IMG/VR virus record: IMGVR_UViG_3300042939_001032
Location: 24,749 to 88,748 of that record
Direction: 5' to 3' (one strand)
DNA: 64,000 nucleotides
DNA from: a virus
Taxonomy: Duplodnaviria > Caudoviricetes
The translations under genes and the position numbers were made by a program. Below, piece after piece: positions 1-9,465 of this stretch. Each line of letters begins with the position of its first letter. The stretch's first letter is position 1. The notes under the pieces were generated by a model. The model was not told the DNA's origin. It worked only from the letters and a program-made list of their open reading frames with translations, and made no database searches.

Positions 1-3000
1 TAGCCGAATGGCACAACAATGTCCGCCGGTGGGGCAGGAAGTTCCGTATCCTGCGAGAACGGACTACCTGGAGAGGGCGAGGACGAAGCCTTAACGTACA
101 GGGTCTCTCCGAAACTCAACCCGGCACCCTGATCGACTCGCAGGTACTGGTAGGCTCCATTCATGACCAGTTTTATCTGCACGAGCCGATCGGCAACGTT
201 GCCACCTGTGGGGGAGGGGATGACACCCGCCCGGCTCACCCTGGCACCTGAGGAGTCGGTGATGGAGGACGGAAGCGTTCCACCGAGCTGGAAGTGGTTG
301 TAGTACACCTGGCAGTTACTGTACACTCCCACGGGCTTTGACGGGGTGAAGGTCACTCTGCCGGTCGATGCGTCGTACGAGGTGACTCTTCTTACCGTCG
401 CGTCACCCGCGAAGTAGATCTCGGAACCGATATACTGACTGTTGTTGCTACCGGCGGAGTCCGGGGAGAATACACCTCCCGACGTGGTGATCGTAGTATC
501 TCCAGAGTTCACTGTTAGCGTAACACTAGCGAACGAGGTTCTCTGCACACCTATCAGACCGTAGAAGCTGTAGTCCGTTGTCCCCTTCCTGAAGGCCACC
601 GTGAAGGCCGACTTGGAGAGGTGGTTTCTGACGGAACCTCCGAGCGCCAACTGAGCCACCACCCCAGTGGTATCGTAGGTGAAGGTGGTACCATCCCACG
701 ATCCGTAGGAGAAACGACCCTGACCATCCACCTCCTCGTAGAGGACTCTGATCGTGCCGGGGTTGAAGTCGGGATCGGAGGGTAGTTTGGTGGGGGTGAG
801 GGCGGAGATATTCTGCCTGGAGATGTTGGAGAATGTTGTGGAGTTGTCCGCCATGTGCAGGGCCTTACCGTAGTTGGTGAGGGTTGCGGTGTCTATAACC
901 CCTAGGTCGTTTGTGGGGAACCCGGTGATTATCACGTTACCGCCAAACCCGGCCTGATTCTCTATCACCTCCATAAAGGTGTAGTTGGCGCCGTCCTTGC
1001 GAACCTCCCCGGGCACTAGGTTCTTGCCGGAGTAGGGAGAGGTGGTGCCGATCTCGGCAACGGTGCCCTTCCTCTGCCTCCCGATCATCAGAAGCTTGGA
1101 GTGGTTGTAGTCGTAGTCCCTCTGAGCGGCCGCGGTTGTGATGGAGTTGGGCAGCATTCCATCGTACCGGTCAGTGCCGTAGGTATTCAGCTCCGGCAGA
1201 TTTCCGAATTTGGCTTTGTACAGGCCCAGATTCTGCTCAAAGGGTACTTTGGAGGGGTCGGGGTTGACGAAGTTCGCCCCCACCCCGTCCAACATGTCGT
1301 AGACGGATTTGTACTTCCCGGTTTGGTTGGGATTGAAGAGGAATCTCTGCCAGAGCGACTCGTCGTACTTCAGCTCTGTGGTTGGTATGACGGTGCGGGG
1401 ACGGTTCTTCACCACCACCCAGATCTTCTGCCCGTCGGTGGGTGATAGGCCGGAGATGGAGAACTTGGAGTAGGTGACTCCGAGCACGGGGTCCGTCTTG
1501 GTAGCGATGGTGAGAGCCGAGGGTACGTTGTATCCCAATACACTTCCGGGTTGGGAAGCGCCGATGAAAGTGTAACCTACGACCTCGAAGAATTCGCTGA
1601 AGTTGACAAAGTTGGCTTCGGCGGCAGCGCTACCACCAGCTGACGTATCCACCTCCCAGGCACTCTGCGCAGTACTCCAAGTAACTCTGAGTTGCGAGGA
1701 GTAATCATTCCAGCTCGGAAGATCCACCGGGTTGATATTGGTCTCTATGGACTGGATGAAGAAACCCGCAGGGCCTAGGGGTTTGTTGGTAAGTATGTTT
1801 GTCTGGGCCGGGTCGGTGGATGGCTGACCGTACCAGAACCTCACAACCACGGGAACGTAATCCCCATTGAAGTTCGATACGGGATTCCCCTCCCTATCGG
1901 AGTAGGTCTTGCTGAAGTCAAACGCCGAACCGTCCGCCAGGCTTCTCTGAGCTGGGAGGGTTCCCGTTCCAGAGCCCAGGGGCATCGTCGGTCCGCCCTG
2001 GATGTAGTGGATCTGGCTACCTAGGGCGTTGGGTGCGGCCACCTCCTTGGAGACCTGGACGTAGTAGGTGGAGGGATCGGCGGTATTTACCGCGGTTCTC
2101 CAGGTACCCTCCACGGCCCCAGTGGTGGGGTTATAGCCACTCTTATCGAAGTAATCGACGCGGATGTGCCCGTTTACCTGAGCCGACAGCCTCCTCAGAG
2201 TGGTACCCGAGATGGCTCCCTTCGCCATCCACATATCAAACCTCAACCCCCAGTTGTACTTGGTGTTGATACCACGCAGGGGGATCTGGTCGAATCTCAT
2301 GTTACCGTCGCGAACGATCGGAAACTTGGGGTTTGTCAGAGCGGATTCCGTCTGACTGCCGTACTCGTTGGCGCTGAGAAAGTCGTAGTTGTACTCCCCA
2401 CTCCACCAGTACTCATTTTCGACATCAGGCACGAATGCTCCGTCCTTGACATACCCTACACGGTGAGTCTCGGCGATCTGCGTATCCGTAAGGGGCACAA
2501 AGTCCGCGGAGTTGAATGCCGTGGAGGTGATGGCCTCAGTGAAAAATGGCGGTAGGTTGGTGTGGGAGTACTTGTTCGTCGAGCCGGTAGGTTGGTCTGC
2601 CGGAACGTAGTACTTGAAGAGCACCGATCCCTGGCCCTGGTAGATCGTCCCCCTTCCGGCAAATCCCTCGGCCTGGGTTATGCGGTCGGCGATACGCTGT
2701 CGTGGGCTGACCAACGGTGCAGACACGCCCTGCTCGTCCAGAGCGTTGATGGAGGCGCCGCTCAGCACCTCAAAATCCTCCCGCTTCAGACCGAATCTGA
2801 AAATACCGTCGAGGATCTGTATGTCCGGGGGCCCGAAGTTACCGAGGGTGGAGGCCTCGGCCGGGTCCTGGATGTCCTTCAGTACCCCGGCCAGCGCCTC
2901 GTCGTTGGAGGTCAGGTCGCCGAGCGCTTCGTCCCTAAGCAGACCGAAGTACTTCACCTCGGTCTCAGCACGGTCCTTCTGCAGGAACAGTTGAGGCTGG

Positions 3001-3044
3001 GTGCGGGAAACTCTCAGTCTTCCGCCGGTCTTTTGCTTAGGCAT
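1..3044 (-). CDS. Large virion structural protein (tail/fibre-associated), over 1014 aa, running off the left edge; absent from the ORF track
   Basis: ATG at 3044 (MPKQKTGGRLRVSRTQPQLFLQKDRAETEVKYFGLLRDEALGDL...); read by hand as open to position 1 (...PPADIVVPFG); G/S/T/Y-rich; GTTTAAGG box upstream at 3071-3078. Confidence 0.8.
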   Translation of the reverse strand, partial: MPKQKTGGRLRVSRTQPQLFLQKDRAETEVKYFGLLRDEALGDLTSNDEALAGVLKDIQDPAEASTLGNFGPPDIQILDGIFRFGLKREDFEVLSGASINALDEQGVSAPLVSPRQRIADRITQAEGFAGRGTIYQGQGSVLFKYYVPADQPTGSTNKYSHTNLPPFFTEAITSTAFNSADFVPLTDTQIAETHRVGYVKDGAFVPDVENEYWWSGEYNYDFLSANEYGSQTESALTNPKFPIVRDGNMRFDQIPLRGINTKYNWGLRFDMWMAKGAISGTTLRRLSAQVNGHIRVDYFDKSGYNPTTGAVEGTWRTAVNTADPSTYYVQVSKEVAAPNALGSQIHYIQGGPTMPLGSGTGTLPAQRSLADGSAFDFSKTYSDREGNPVSNFNGDYVPVVVRFWYGQPSTDPAQTNILTNKPLGPAGFFIQSIETNINPVDLPSWNDYSSQLRVTWSTAQSAWEVDTSAGGSAAAEANFVNFSEFFEVVGYTFIGASQPGSVLGYNVPSALTIATKTDPVLGVTYSKFSISGLSPTDGQKIWVVVKNRPRTVIPTTELKYDESLWQRFLFNPNQTGKYKSVYDMLDGVGANFVNPDPSKVPFEQNLGLYKAKFGNLPELNTYGTDRYDGMLPNSITTAAAQRDYDYNHSKLLMIGRQRKGTVAEIGTTSPYSGKNLVPGEVRKDGANYTFMEVIENQAGFGGNVIITGFPTNDLGVIDTATLTNYGKALHMADNSTTFSNISRQNISALTPTKLPSDPDFNPGTIRVLYEEVDGQGRFSYGSWDGTTFTYDTTGVVAQLALGGSVRNHLSKSAFTVAFRKGTTDYSFYGLIGVQRTSFASVTLTVNSGDTTITTSGGVFSPDSAGSNNSQYIGSEIYFAGDATVRRVTSYDASTGRVTFTPSKPVGVYSNCQVYYNHFQLGGTLPSSITDSSGARVSRAGVIPSPTGGNVADRLVQIKLVMNGAYQYLRVDQGAGLSFGETLYVKASSSPSPGSPFSQDTELPAPPADIVVPFG

Positions 3045-3070
3045 CTTCTCAAAGCACTACTTCTAGTATA

Positions 3071-3078
3071 CCTTAAAC
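3071..3078 (-). promoter_or_regulatory. Putative phage late promoter box GTTTAAGG
   Basis: Variant of the GTTTAAAG motif recurring before structural genes; 26 nt upstream of ATG 3044. Confidence 0.55.
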
Positions 3079-3086
3079 CTCCTCTA

Positions 3087-3830
3087 TCACCTGGAGACGT
3101 ACAGGTCCGAGTAGGCCCGGATCACCGACTGGACAAAACTCGACCTCTCTATGTCATCGAACCCGAACTCCACGTGACCCACCTCTGGGAGGAGTTTGAG
3201 CCGTCTTAGGGCGTCGGAAAGACCATCCCCGCCGAACTTGCCTGACAGATCCCTCTGCACCACGTCCCCGAGCAGGGCGATGCTCGATCCGTCGCCTAGA
3301 CGTGTGAGAATCGTCATGAGGCTGTGGGTGGTGGTGTTCTGCATCTCGTCGGCAATGACTACGCAACGGTGCAGCGAACGTCCTCTCAGGTGCTCGATCG
3401 GCAGGAACTCGATGTACTTCTTCGAGAGGAGGTACTCCGCTTTGCCTTTGGGCATGAACACCTCCAACGAGTCGCGGACCGGGCAGATGTGCGGTGCGAT
3501 CTTCTCTTCGAGGTTACCGGGTAGGAAGCCAAGCCCCTGTTCTCCGGGGACATCGACCACGGGCTTTACGTAGTAGATCTTGTCGATCTCGCGCTTTGCC
3601 AGCTTCTCGCAGGCTACGTACGTCGCGAGAAGGGTCTTAGCGGTGCCAGGCGGTCCCGAGAGCATCGTGAGAGTCTTGGTACGCAGGTATCTCATCGCAT
3701 CCACCTGGTTCGGATTGCGGGGCATCAGCGTCCTATTCTCCTGGAATTTGGGCTGGGCGGGGGCGCTCTCCGTCGAGAGAAGGTGGTTGTCCTCTAATTG
3801 GCGTTGTTTCCGTGTTGATTTTCTAGCCAT
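3087..3830 (-). CDS. phoH: PhoH-family ATPase
   Basis: GPPGTAKT Walker A, LGFLPGNLEEK, LRGRSL, DEMQN, TRLGDGS, GDVVQRD. Confidence 0.95.
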   Translation of the reverse strand: MARKSTRKQRQLEDNHLLSTESAPAQPKFQENRTLMPRNPNQVDAMRYLRTKTLTMLSGPPGTAKTLLATYVACEKLAKREIDKIYYVKPVVDVPGEQGLGFLPGNLEEKIAPHICPVRDSLEVFMPKGKAEYLLSKKYIEFLPIEHLRGRSLHRCVVIADEMQNTTTHSLMTILTRLGDGSSIALLGDVVQRDLSGKFGGDGLSDALRRLKLLPEVGHVEFGFDDIERSSFVQSVIRAYSDLYVSR

Positions 3831-3856
3831 GAGATTTGCGTCTGGGTACGGATACG

Positions 3857-3895
3857 AAAAAGGACCCCGGGGAGCGTAATAACTCCTAGGGTCCT
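3857..3895 (-). terminator. Intrinsic terminator-like hairpin
   Basis: Minus strand AGGACCC-TAGGAG-loop-CTCC-CCG-GGGTCCT followed by TTTT. Confidence 0.65.
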
Positions 3896-3954
3896 GGTAG
3901 TGGTGAAGCGCCTGGCTGTTTGGACATGCGCTATTGTTTTCGCATCCTGACAGA

Positions 3955-3962
3955 CTTTAAAC
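3955..3962 (-). promoter_or_regulatory. GTTTAAAG late-promoter box overlapping a stop codon
   Basis: Exact motif; contains the GTT TAA (Val-stop) of the upstream gene. Confidence 0.5.
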
Positions 3963-4298
3963 CACTCTGACTTTTAGTAGGTTTCCGGTCCTATACATAC
4001 CCCCGATGGCCACCGGGGGCACGGCCGCCGCGGCCGAGGCGTCATCGGTGAACTCCCTCAGGCCAGTGAAGCTCAGCCGGGAGAACGGGACGGAGGCCCT
4101 GTCCCCGAACCTTCTGGCCGTCCCGCTCGAGTCCACGTAGTACATCTCGTCGAGCGCCTCGTTGAGGAACAGCTCGCCTCTGTAGGCTGAGTTCTCGTCC
4201 TCGTCGTGCTGAATCTGGAGGTAGGGTAGGTTGTGGGTAGTGTCGGATGTAAATCTGACTCCCCAGCGATGGTAGGGAGGCTCGGGAGTAGCGGGCAT
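3957..4298 (-). CDS. Small virion/fibre-associated protein
   Basis: Likely start MPATPEPP at 4298, downstream of GTTTAAAG at 4329-4336; RGELFLNEALDEMYY resembles the GELxxN motif of fibre N-termini; C-terminal FTDDASAAAA..IGGMYRTGNLLKVRV. Confidence 0.6.
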   Translation of the reverse strand: MPATPEPPYHRWGVRFTSDTTHNLPYLQIQHDEDENSAYRGELFLNEALDEMYYVDSSGTARRFGDRASVPFSRLSFTGLREFTDDASAAAAVPPVAIGGMYRTGNLLKVRVV

Positions 4299-4412
4299 GT
4301 TCCTGCTCTGTTCAAGTATGTACAAGTACTTTAAACTCTAGTACGTTGGTAAAAAGTAATAGTAGAAAAGTTACGGTGCACGGGGCGCGGGCGCCTGCGC
4401 TCGAGCGCGCTC

Positions 4413-4442
4413 TTGACTGCGGGCCGGAATCCGTGATATAAT
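4413..4442 (+). promoter_or_regulatory. Sigma70-type early promoter
   Basis: TTGACT-18-TATAAT with extended TGn. Confidence 0.7.
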
Positions 4443-4451
4443 ACGAGTACT

Positions 4452-5039
4452 ATGATCTCACTTCCAATGTCCAGGCCCGTCACAGTAGTTCTGCTTGGAG
4501 CTGACAGAGTCGGCAAATCTACCATCATCGAGAACACCCTCAGGAGATTTCTGCACCGGAACATTCACGCCACCACCCTGCACTTCTCCGGCCCCCAACC
4601 CCACCACTCCAATCCCATCGAGCAGTACATCGGCCCCTTCGACTCCGTCCTAGAGAGGACGCCAGAGTTCGTGCTGTGCGATCGTGGGTTCTCAGAGGTC
4701 TGCTTCTACGACGAGTTTCGTAGGCGTATCTCCATCTCCCACGAGTGGGCTCAAGCCGCCGAATCCTACTTCCTGGAGCGCAGTTCGGACGTGAAGGTAT
4801 TCCTCCTCGAGCGGGAATGGAAGTGGAGTCAACCCCACCACCTTATCGAGGTACGAGAGGAGTATCCTGAGGCCACGGCCTGGTGGATCAAGAATAAGAT
4901 GAAGGCGCGGGAGGCCGAGCATTACGCCTACTACGACTACATGCATAACTACCTCAACCACTACTCCCTTCTCCCGCACACCGTTCTTCGCGACACTGAC
5001 AAGGACTTCAACCTGCTCGATCACCTTGTCTCTGTTTAA
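4452..5039 (+). CDS. Deoxynucleoside monophosphate kinase (thymidylate kinase-like)
   Basis: P-loop GADRVGKST and LCDRG (DR motif). Confidence 0.75.
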   Translation: MISLPMSRPVTVVLLGADRVGKSTIIENTLRRFLHRNIHATTLHFSGPQPHHSNPIEQYIGPFDSVLERTPEFVLCDRGFSEVCFYDEFRRRISISHEWAQAAESYFLERSSDVKVFLLEREWKWSQPHHLIEVREEYPEATAWWIKNKMKAREAEHYAYYDYMHNYLNHYSLLPHTVLRDTDKDFNLLDHLVSV

Positions 5040-5041
5040 AG
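5034..5041 (+). promoter_or_regulatory. GTTTAAAG late-promoter box
   Basis: Exact motif overlapping the kinase stop codon, upstream of a structural operon. Confidence 0.55.
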
Positions 5042-5085
5042 ATAGTCGATCCGCCCTATAAGGGCTCTAGAAGTATTACTTCACC

Positions 5086-5817
5086 ATGGCCAATATCCTC
5101 AACCAGGGCCTGTACCGTACCCTGGGAATCCAGTTTGAATACAAGATCAAATTCCAGGAGTTTCTAGACGAGGCCCGCACCTCCGCCCTTGTTGCGTCGT
5201 ACAGCGACGGTGACAACACCTCCGCCAGCAGACTCGCTCTATACAACAGTTTCGTGAAGGCGGGTCCGACGATGGGCTTCGAAGCCAAGAGGATCGCCTA
5301 CAGCCTACTCAAGTACATCGGTGACGCGCTTAACGCCAGCGCCGACGTGCCCGCCGAGGACAAAGCGCTGCTCGACGAGGGCCTCTTTAACGTCATCAGG
5401 TACGTTGGCATGGAGGGTGACGAGGACTTCCACTTCATGGTGGCAAGCTTCAACCTGGCCGAAGTGATCTCAGCGATCGTCGCCGAGGTCGTTCCGGCTC
5501 CTCAGGCCCCCGTGGGTGGGCTCGTAACACTCTCCCTGGAGAAGGCGGGAAGTGGCTACACCACCGACGGCACTCTGACGTCAGGCACAGTATCCGTCCT
5601 CGTAGAGTCCACAGAGACCACCAACCCCGCCGGTTACACTGCCGGTGAGGCCACAGTAACCATCACCGCCGGTAAAGTCACCGCGATCGGCGCGATCGCA
5701 ACCGCCGGCGATGGGTTCGAAGTCGGCCAGATCGTGGCCATCAATGTCGATGTTGCCGGGTCACCTGGCGCCACCCAGAAGACCGCGGCTCTGGCCAAAG
5801 TCGTCGCCGTAGTCTGA
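5086..5817 (+). CDS. Probable virion structural protein
   Basis: C-terminal GSGYT..ATVTITAGKVTAI..AGDGFEVG beta-rich repeat typical of cyanophage virion proteins. Confidence 0.55.
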   Translation: MANILNQGLYRTLGIQFEYKIKFQEFLDEARTSALVASYSDGDNTSASRLALYNSFVKAGPTMGFEAKRIAYSLLKYIGDALNASADVPAEDKALLDEGLFNVIRYVGMEGDEDFHFMVASFNLAEVISAIVAEVVPAPQAPVGGLVTLSLEKAGSGYTTDGTLTSGTVSVLVESTETTNPAGYTAGEATVTITAGKVTAIGAIATAGDGFEVGQIVAINVDVAGSPGATQKTAALAKVVAVV

Positions 5818-5829
5818 TAAGCGCCCGAT

Positions 5830-8800
5830 GTGTCGAGTCTGTACCGTTGCAGAGCCCGCGTAGGCTACCGTCCCTCCGGATCGGAGCAGCTTATCGTCTT
5901 CGACGAAAGGCAGATACAGGAGCTAAACGTAAAACTGAAGTGGAAGCCTAACGCGGCGTTCGCTAACGCGGACTCCTCGACGGAGGCTTCCGTCAGCACC
6001 AACGCACTCTCAGCCTCCACCTGCTCCGTAACGATCAGCGATCCCTACCTCACGGGACTGGCCTGGCCGGCGCTCTTCGACGCCGCCAGCCTGTACACGC
6101 AGTCCAATATCTTCTCCGCGAACAACATACTCCTTCCCCCGTGCGGGGAGAAGCAGGATCCCTACACCGACAAGTGCTTCAAGTACGTTGATAGCGAGTC
6201 GGACGGAACCACCTCCGTAAGCAAATTTCCCTTCCTCGTCCTGTCGCTGTGGTACGATGTCAAGGGGACGTCATTCGGCTCCGACTTCTACTTCAGGGTC
6301 AGTGGCCTCTCCATCTCCCACGGAGCTAGGTACCCGAGCGTGACCATTCGCGGGCAGGAAGCCCGCTCCATACTATTCAATCAGTCGCTGGTCAACATCT
6401 CCCTGGACGAGGGCCTGCCCATCGACAAGGCCCTGAAGGACCTAGCGGAAGGCCAGGGGTACTCGGTGTCCTTCTGCTCCAATACCAACTCCGATCCGAC
6501 CAAGAAGAGGATACTCCCCCGCACGGTGCGTTACACCGGGGTAACTGTCGACGAGGCGATTAAGAAAGTCCTCGACTCGGTCAGTGGTAACTTCCTCTCC
6601 ATGCCAACACGCGATTACGCGAACAAGATCTCCATGTGCTCCAGGGGCGAGATCAGTCAAGGGTGTTCCGTATTCTACCTCGGCAAAGGCCTCTACGAAG
6701 GGTACGAGATCAACGGCCAACCGGAACTGACCATCCTGCCACTCAACGCCGAGTCCGGCTCCAATCGGAATAACGCCGACCCCTACCTCTCCGAGGCTTT
6801 CAAAGCTTCCACCTACGTCCTGGGGGACATGGTGCCCCAGAAGAGAAAGAAGGCCATGGAGAAGGTCAAAAAGGTCGCCTTCCCCGGCCTCTTCGAGAAG
6901 GCCCCCAAGCACGTAAAGAACGCCCCCTCGACGACCGGGTACGTGTGGCGGGAGGCTAAGCCGGCTTCCTCCAACGCGAAGAGCGCGCAGGTGACCAACG
7001 AGGAGGCCACAAAGATCCAGAAGGATGGCCTGAAGCTCTTTGGCACGGCGCCCAACGGCACCACCTCCATCTCGTTTCTGAGCGGGGTGGTTCAGGAGGC
7101 CATCGAGGGGAGCGGGCGGGTACTCATCAAGACAAAATTTGCCCTGCAGATCTGTGAGAAGGAAGGGAGCCAGAAGTGCTTCTTTAGGCCTGTGTTTCAG
7201 GAGTCCACCAACCTATCGTCGGTGAAGGTGAAGCCCAAGGATAAGGTGGAGATCAGTCAGGAGCTCGGCTCCTCCACCTCCGATAAGCCCGAGCTTGTCA
7301 GATTCTACATCATGGGGCATAACAACCAACTCACCGTCATCAATCCTAAGATCGTGTGGGAGTGGGCGTTCCCTGAGACTGATATACCAACCACCCAAAG
7401 TCCCGCTGTAGTGGGGTCTGGTGGTGGTGTAGTACCGTCAGCCCCCAAGCAGAATCTTAAAGACTGGAAGGCTACTACAACCAATAAACCTTCCAAAATA
7501 CTATTGATGGCGGGTCACGCCGATTTTACTTCCTCAGGCGCTCCCAATGAAGCGAAGTTAAACGTCGAACTTGTTAAGTGGGCGCAGCGAAACGCTAGCG
7601 CGTACGGTGTCTCGGACTTTGTAGAATTTTATTTACCCTCGTCAGGAAATATACCCGAGACTGATCCTAGATCCCAGTACATTAAAACTAGCGCTGGAGT
7701 ATCGGGAGGTAGACAGGTTATAGAGATACACAACGACGAGAAAGAGGGAAACAGTGGTGTTATTCCACCGACCGGAGGTAAACAAATCTGGCCGTTAGAC
7801 GACGCTCTTGCGTCCCAGTATGGGGCTTTCAATAAAAATTGGAGGCGTGGTCTAGCGGTTCCTAAGCGCGGCGGGACGATACTCGAGGTGGGAAGGATGG
7901 ATGGTCCGACCTCTCGGATCTTTACGTCGGGAACCCCTGCTCAGAAGGAAGCGCTCTATAAGCAGCTGATGGATCCAACAATGAGAGCTATCGCCGCGGA
8001 GAAAGCCCGCAAGGCGGGCACTGCAACCACCTCGGCCTCCTCTGCTTCGTCATCGGCACCATCGGAAGGATTTATCGTCGGTAGAGTGGGGTCTACTGGG
8101 GAATCCTCAGGACCACACGTTCATATCCAGGAATCCACCAGCAGAACTCTCTCCGAGCAGCAATTACGCTCACTAGCATCCAAGTACGTTACTGTAGCTG
8201 GCAAGTCACTTACGTCCTATACGCAGGGCCAAGGATTCGGCGCTGGAAGAAATCATGCTGGAATAGACTACCCCATAAAAGCTGGAGAACCAGTAAGCGT
8301 GACCGGTACAATTGTAGCCGCTGGTCCCGGAGTGGGTGGAAGCGACTGCGGAAACGGTGTTGCTTTCAAACCTCCCGAAGGACCCGAATTACTGATATGC
8401 CATCTTCAGGATAAATCTATACCACCCAACCTGGCCGGAATGAGTGTTTCCTCCGGTGGAGGTAAGAGCAAACCAACAATATCCGGCTCCCCCGCCACCC
8501 AGGGCCTGACACTGGAAACGAGCTTTAAAGGCATTCCAAGGTCCCTGCGCATCATCCCGGGCAGAACCATCCTCTCGTTTATCACCGACTACGACGCCTG
8601 GGTGGAGGAGGGTAGGCCCGCGAGCAGGGATCCCGGCGTCTGGATCCCCAACCGGTTTAAGAACTGGTTCGTTAATGAGTGCGAGTATCGCTGGAGGGAG
8701 GGGGATCTGCGCGTGCAGATAGAGGCCGTAAGCGCGTGGGGGACTCAGCTGACCCGCGTACCTACCTTCACAAACTACCTCAAGAGCATGAGGGATTCCG

Positions 8801-9465
8801 GTGACGCCAAAATAACCAACAACTACTACGACTACATCAGGTCGTTGGGCGGGCTGAACTGGAAGGTGGATGGTAAGGACTCCACCGAACTCTACTGCCC
8901 CGAGGCCCAGAACCTCAGCGAGTTCCTCACCAAAGGTAGTGATTCTACGTCCCCTACGGATACCCAGGGAGCATACCCTGCTGCCAATTGTAAGACAGGA
9001 GATTCTACAAAGGATGCGATTATAAACGCGCTCTACTCGGCGGGATTGAAAACACCGAATGCATTTGCCGGGGCGCTAGGCAACATCCAAAAGGAGAGTC
9101 TATTTAACCCCAATATCCATAACACCCCCATTCAAGGATTTACTTGCGTTACAGACCGTAGCAATCCTCCGGCAGGCAGACCAGAAAAATGCTATGGATT
9201 GGTTCAATGGGGCGGAGAACGCAAAGTAAAAGCCCTGGCAAAATGTGGGCAAACAAGTACTCTGCTATGCCAACTCGAATTTATAGTGCAGGAACTCAAG
9301 AGCAGAGGCGGCGGAACGGTACAGGCTATGAACAACGCCACGTCGGCGTCCGCTGCCGCGGAGATCTGGAGAAGGCAGTACGAGGTAGCCAGCGGAGGTA
9401 TAGCAGAACGTCAGCAATTTGCTGAGCAGATCGTAAAGCAGATTAAGTGCGATAAACCCTCATGA
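5830..9465 (+). CDS. Baseplate hub / tail-associated lysin with degenerate LytM, Amidase_3, permuted M23 and phage tail lysozyme modules
   Basis: Hub-like N-terminus; amidase LMAGH..E..IEIHND..LEVG; GSTGESSGPHVH and HAGIDY; AGALGNIQKES..YGLVQWGGER. Confidence 0.8.
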   Translation: MSSLYRCRARVGYRPSGSEQLIVFDERQIQELNVKLKWKPNAAFANADSSTEASVSTNALSASTCSVTISDPYLTGLAWPALFDAASLYTQSNIFSANNILLPPCGEKQDPYTDKCFKYVDSESDGTTSVSKFPFLVLSLWYDVKGTSFGSDFYFRVSGLSISHGARYPSVTIRGQEARSILFNQSLVNISLDEGLPIDKALKDLAEGQGYSVSFCSNTNSDPTKKRILPRTVRYTGVTVDEAIKKVLDSVSGNFLSMPTRDYANKISMCSRGEISQGCSVFYLGKGLYEGYEINGQPELTILPLNAESGSNRNNADPYLSEAFKASTYVLGDMVPQKRKKAMEKVKKVAFPGLFEKAPKHVKNAPSTTGYVWREAKPASSNAKSAQVTNEEATKIQKDGLKLFGTAPNGTTSISFLSGVVQEAIEGSGRVLIKTKFALQICEKEGSQKCFFRPVFQESTNLSSVKVKPKDKVEISQELGSSTSDKPELVRFYIMGHNNQLTVINPKIVWEWAFPETDIPTTQSPAVVGSGGGVVPSAPKQNLKDWKATTTNKPSKILLMAGHADFTSSGAPNEAKLNVELVKWAQRNASAYGVSDFVEFYLPSSGNIPETDPRSQYIKTSAGVSGGRQVIEIHNDEKEGNSGVIPPTGGKQIWPLDDALASQYGAFNKNWRRGLAVPKRGGTILEVGRMDGPTSRIFTSGTPAQKEALYKQLMDPTMRAIAAEKARKAGTATTSASSASSSAPSEGFIVGRVGSTGESSGPHVHIQESTSRTLSEQQLRSLASKYVTVAGKSLTSYTQGQGFGAGRNHAGIDYPIKAGEPVSVTGTIVAAGPGVGGSDCGNGVAFKPPEGPELLICHLQDKSIPPNLAGMSVSSGGGKSKPTISGSPATQGLTLETSFKGIPRSLRIIPGRTILSFITDYDAWVEEGRPASRDPGVWIPNRFKNWFVNECEYRWREGDLRVQIEAVSAWGTQLTRVPTFTNYLKSMRDSGDAKITNNYYDYIRSLGGLNWKVDGKDSTELYCPEAQNLSEFLTKGSDSTSPTDTQGAYPAANCKTGDSTKDAIINALYSAGLKTPNAFAGALGNIQKESLFNPNIHNTPIQGFTCVTDRSNPPAGRPEKCYGLVQWGGERKVKALAKCGQTSTLLCQLEFIVQELKSRGGGTVQAMNNATSASAAAEIWRRQYEVASGGIAERQQFAEQIVKQIKCDKPS

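Noticed and set aside
3071-3080. CTTAAACC-like sequence near phoH as a cyanobacterial Pho box
   Set aside because: Pho boxes are tandem repeats with 11-bp period. These are single copies found across the window before late genes.
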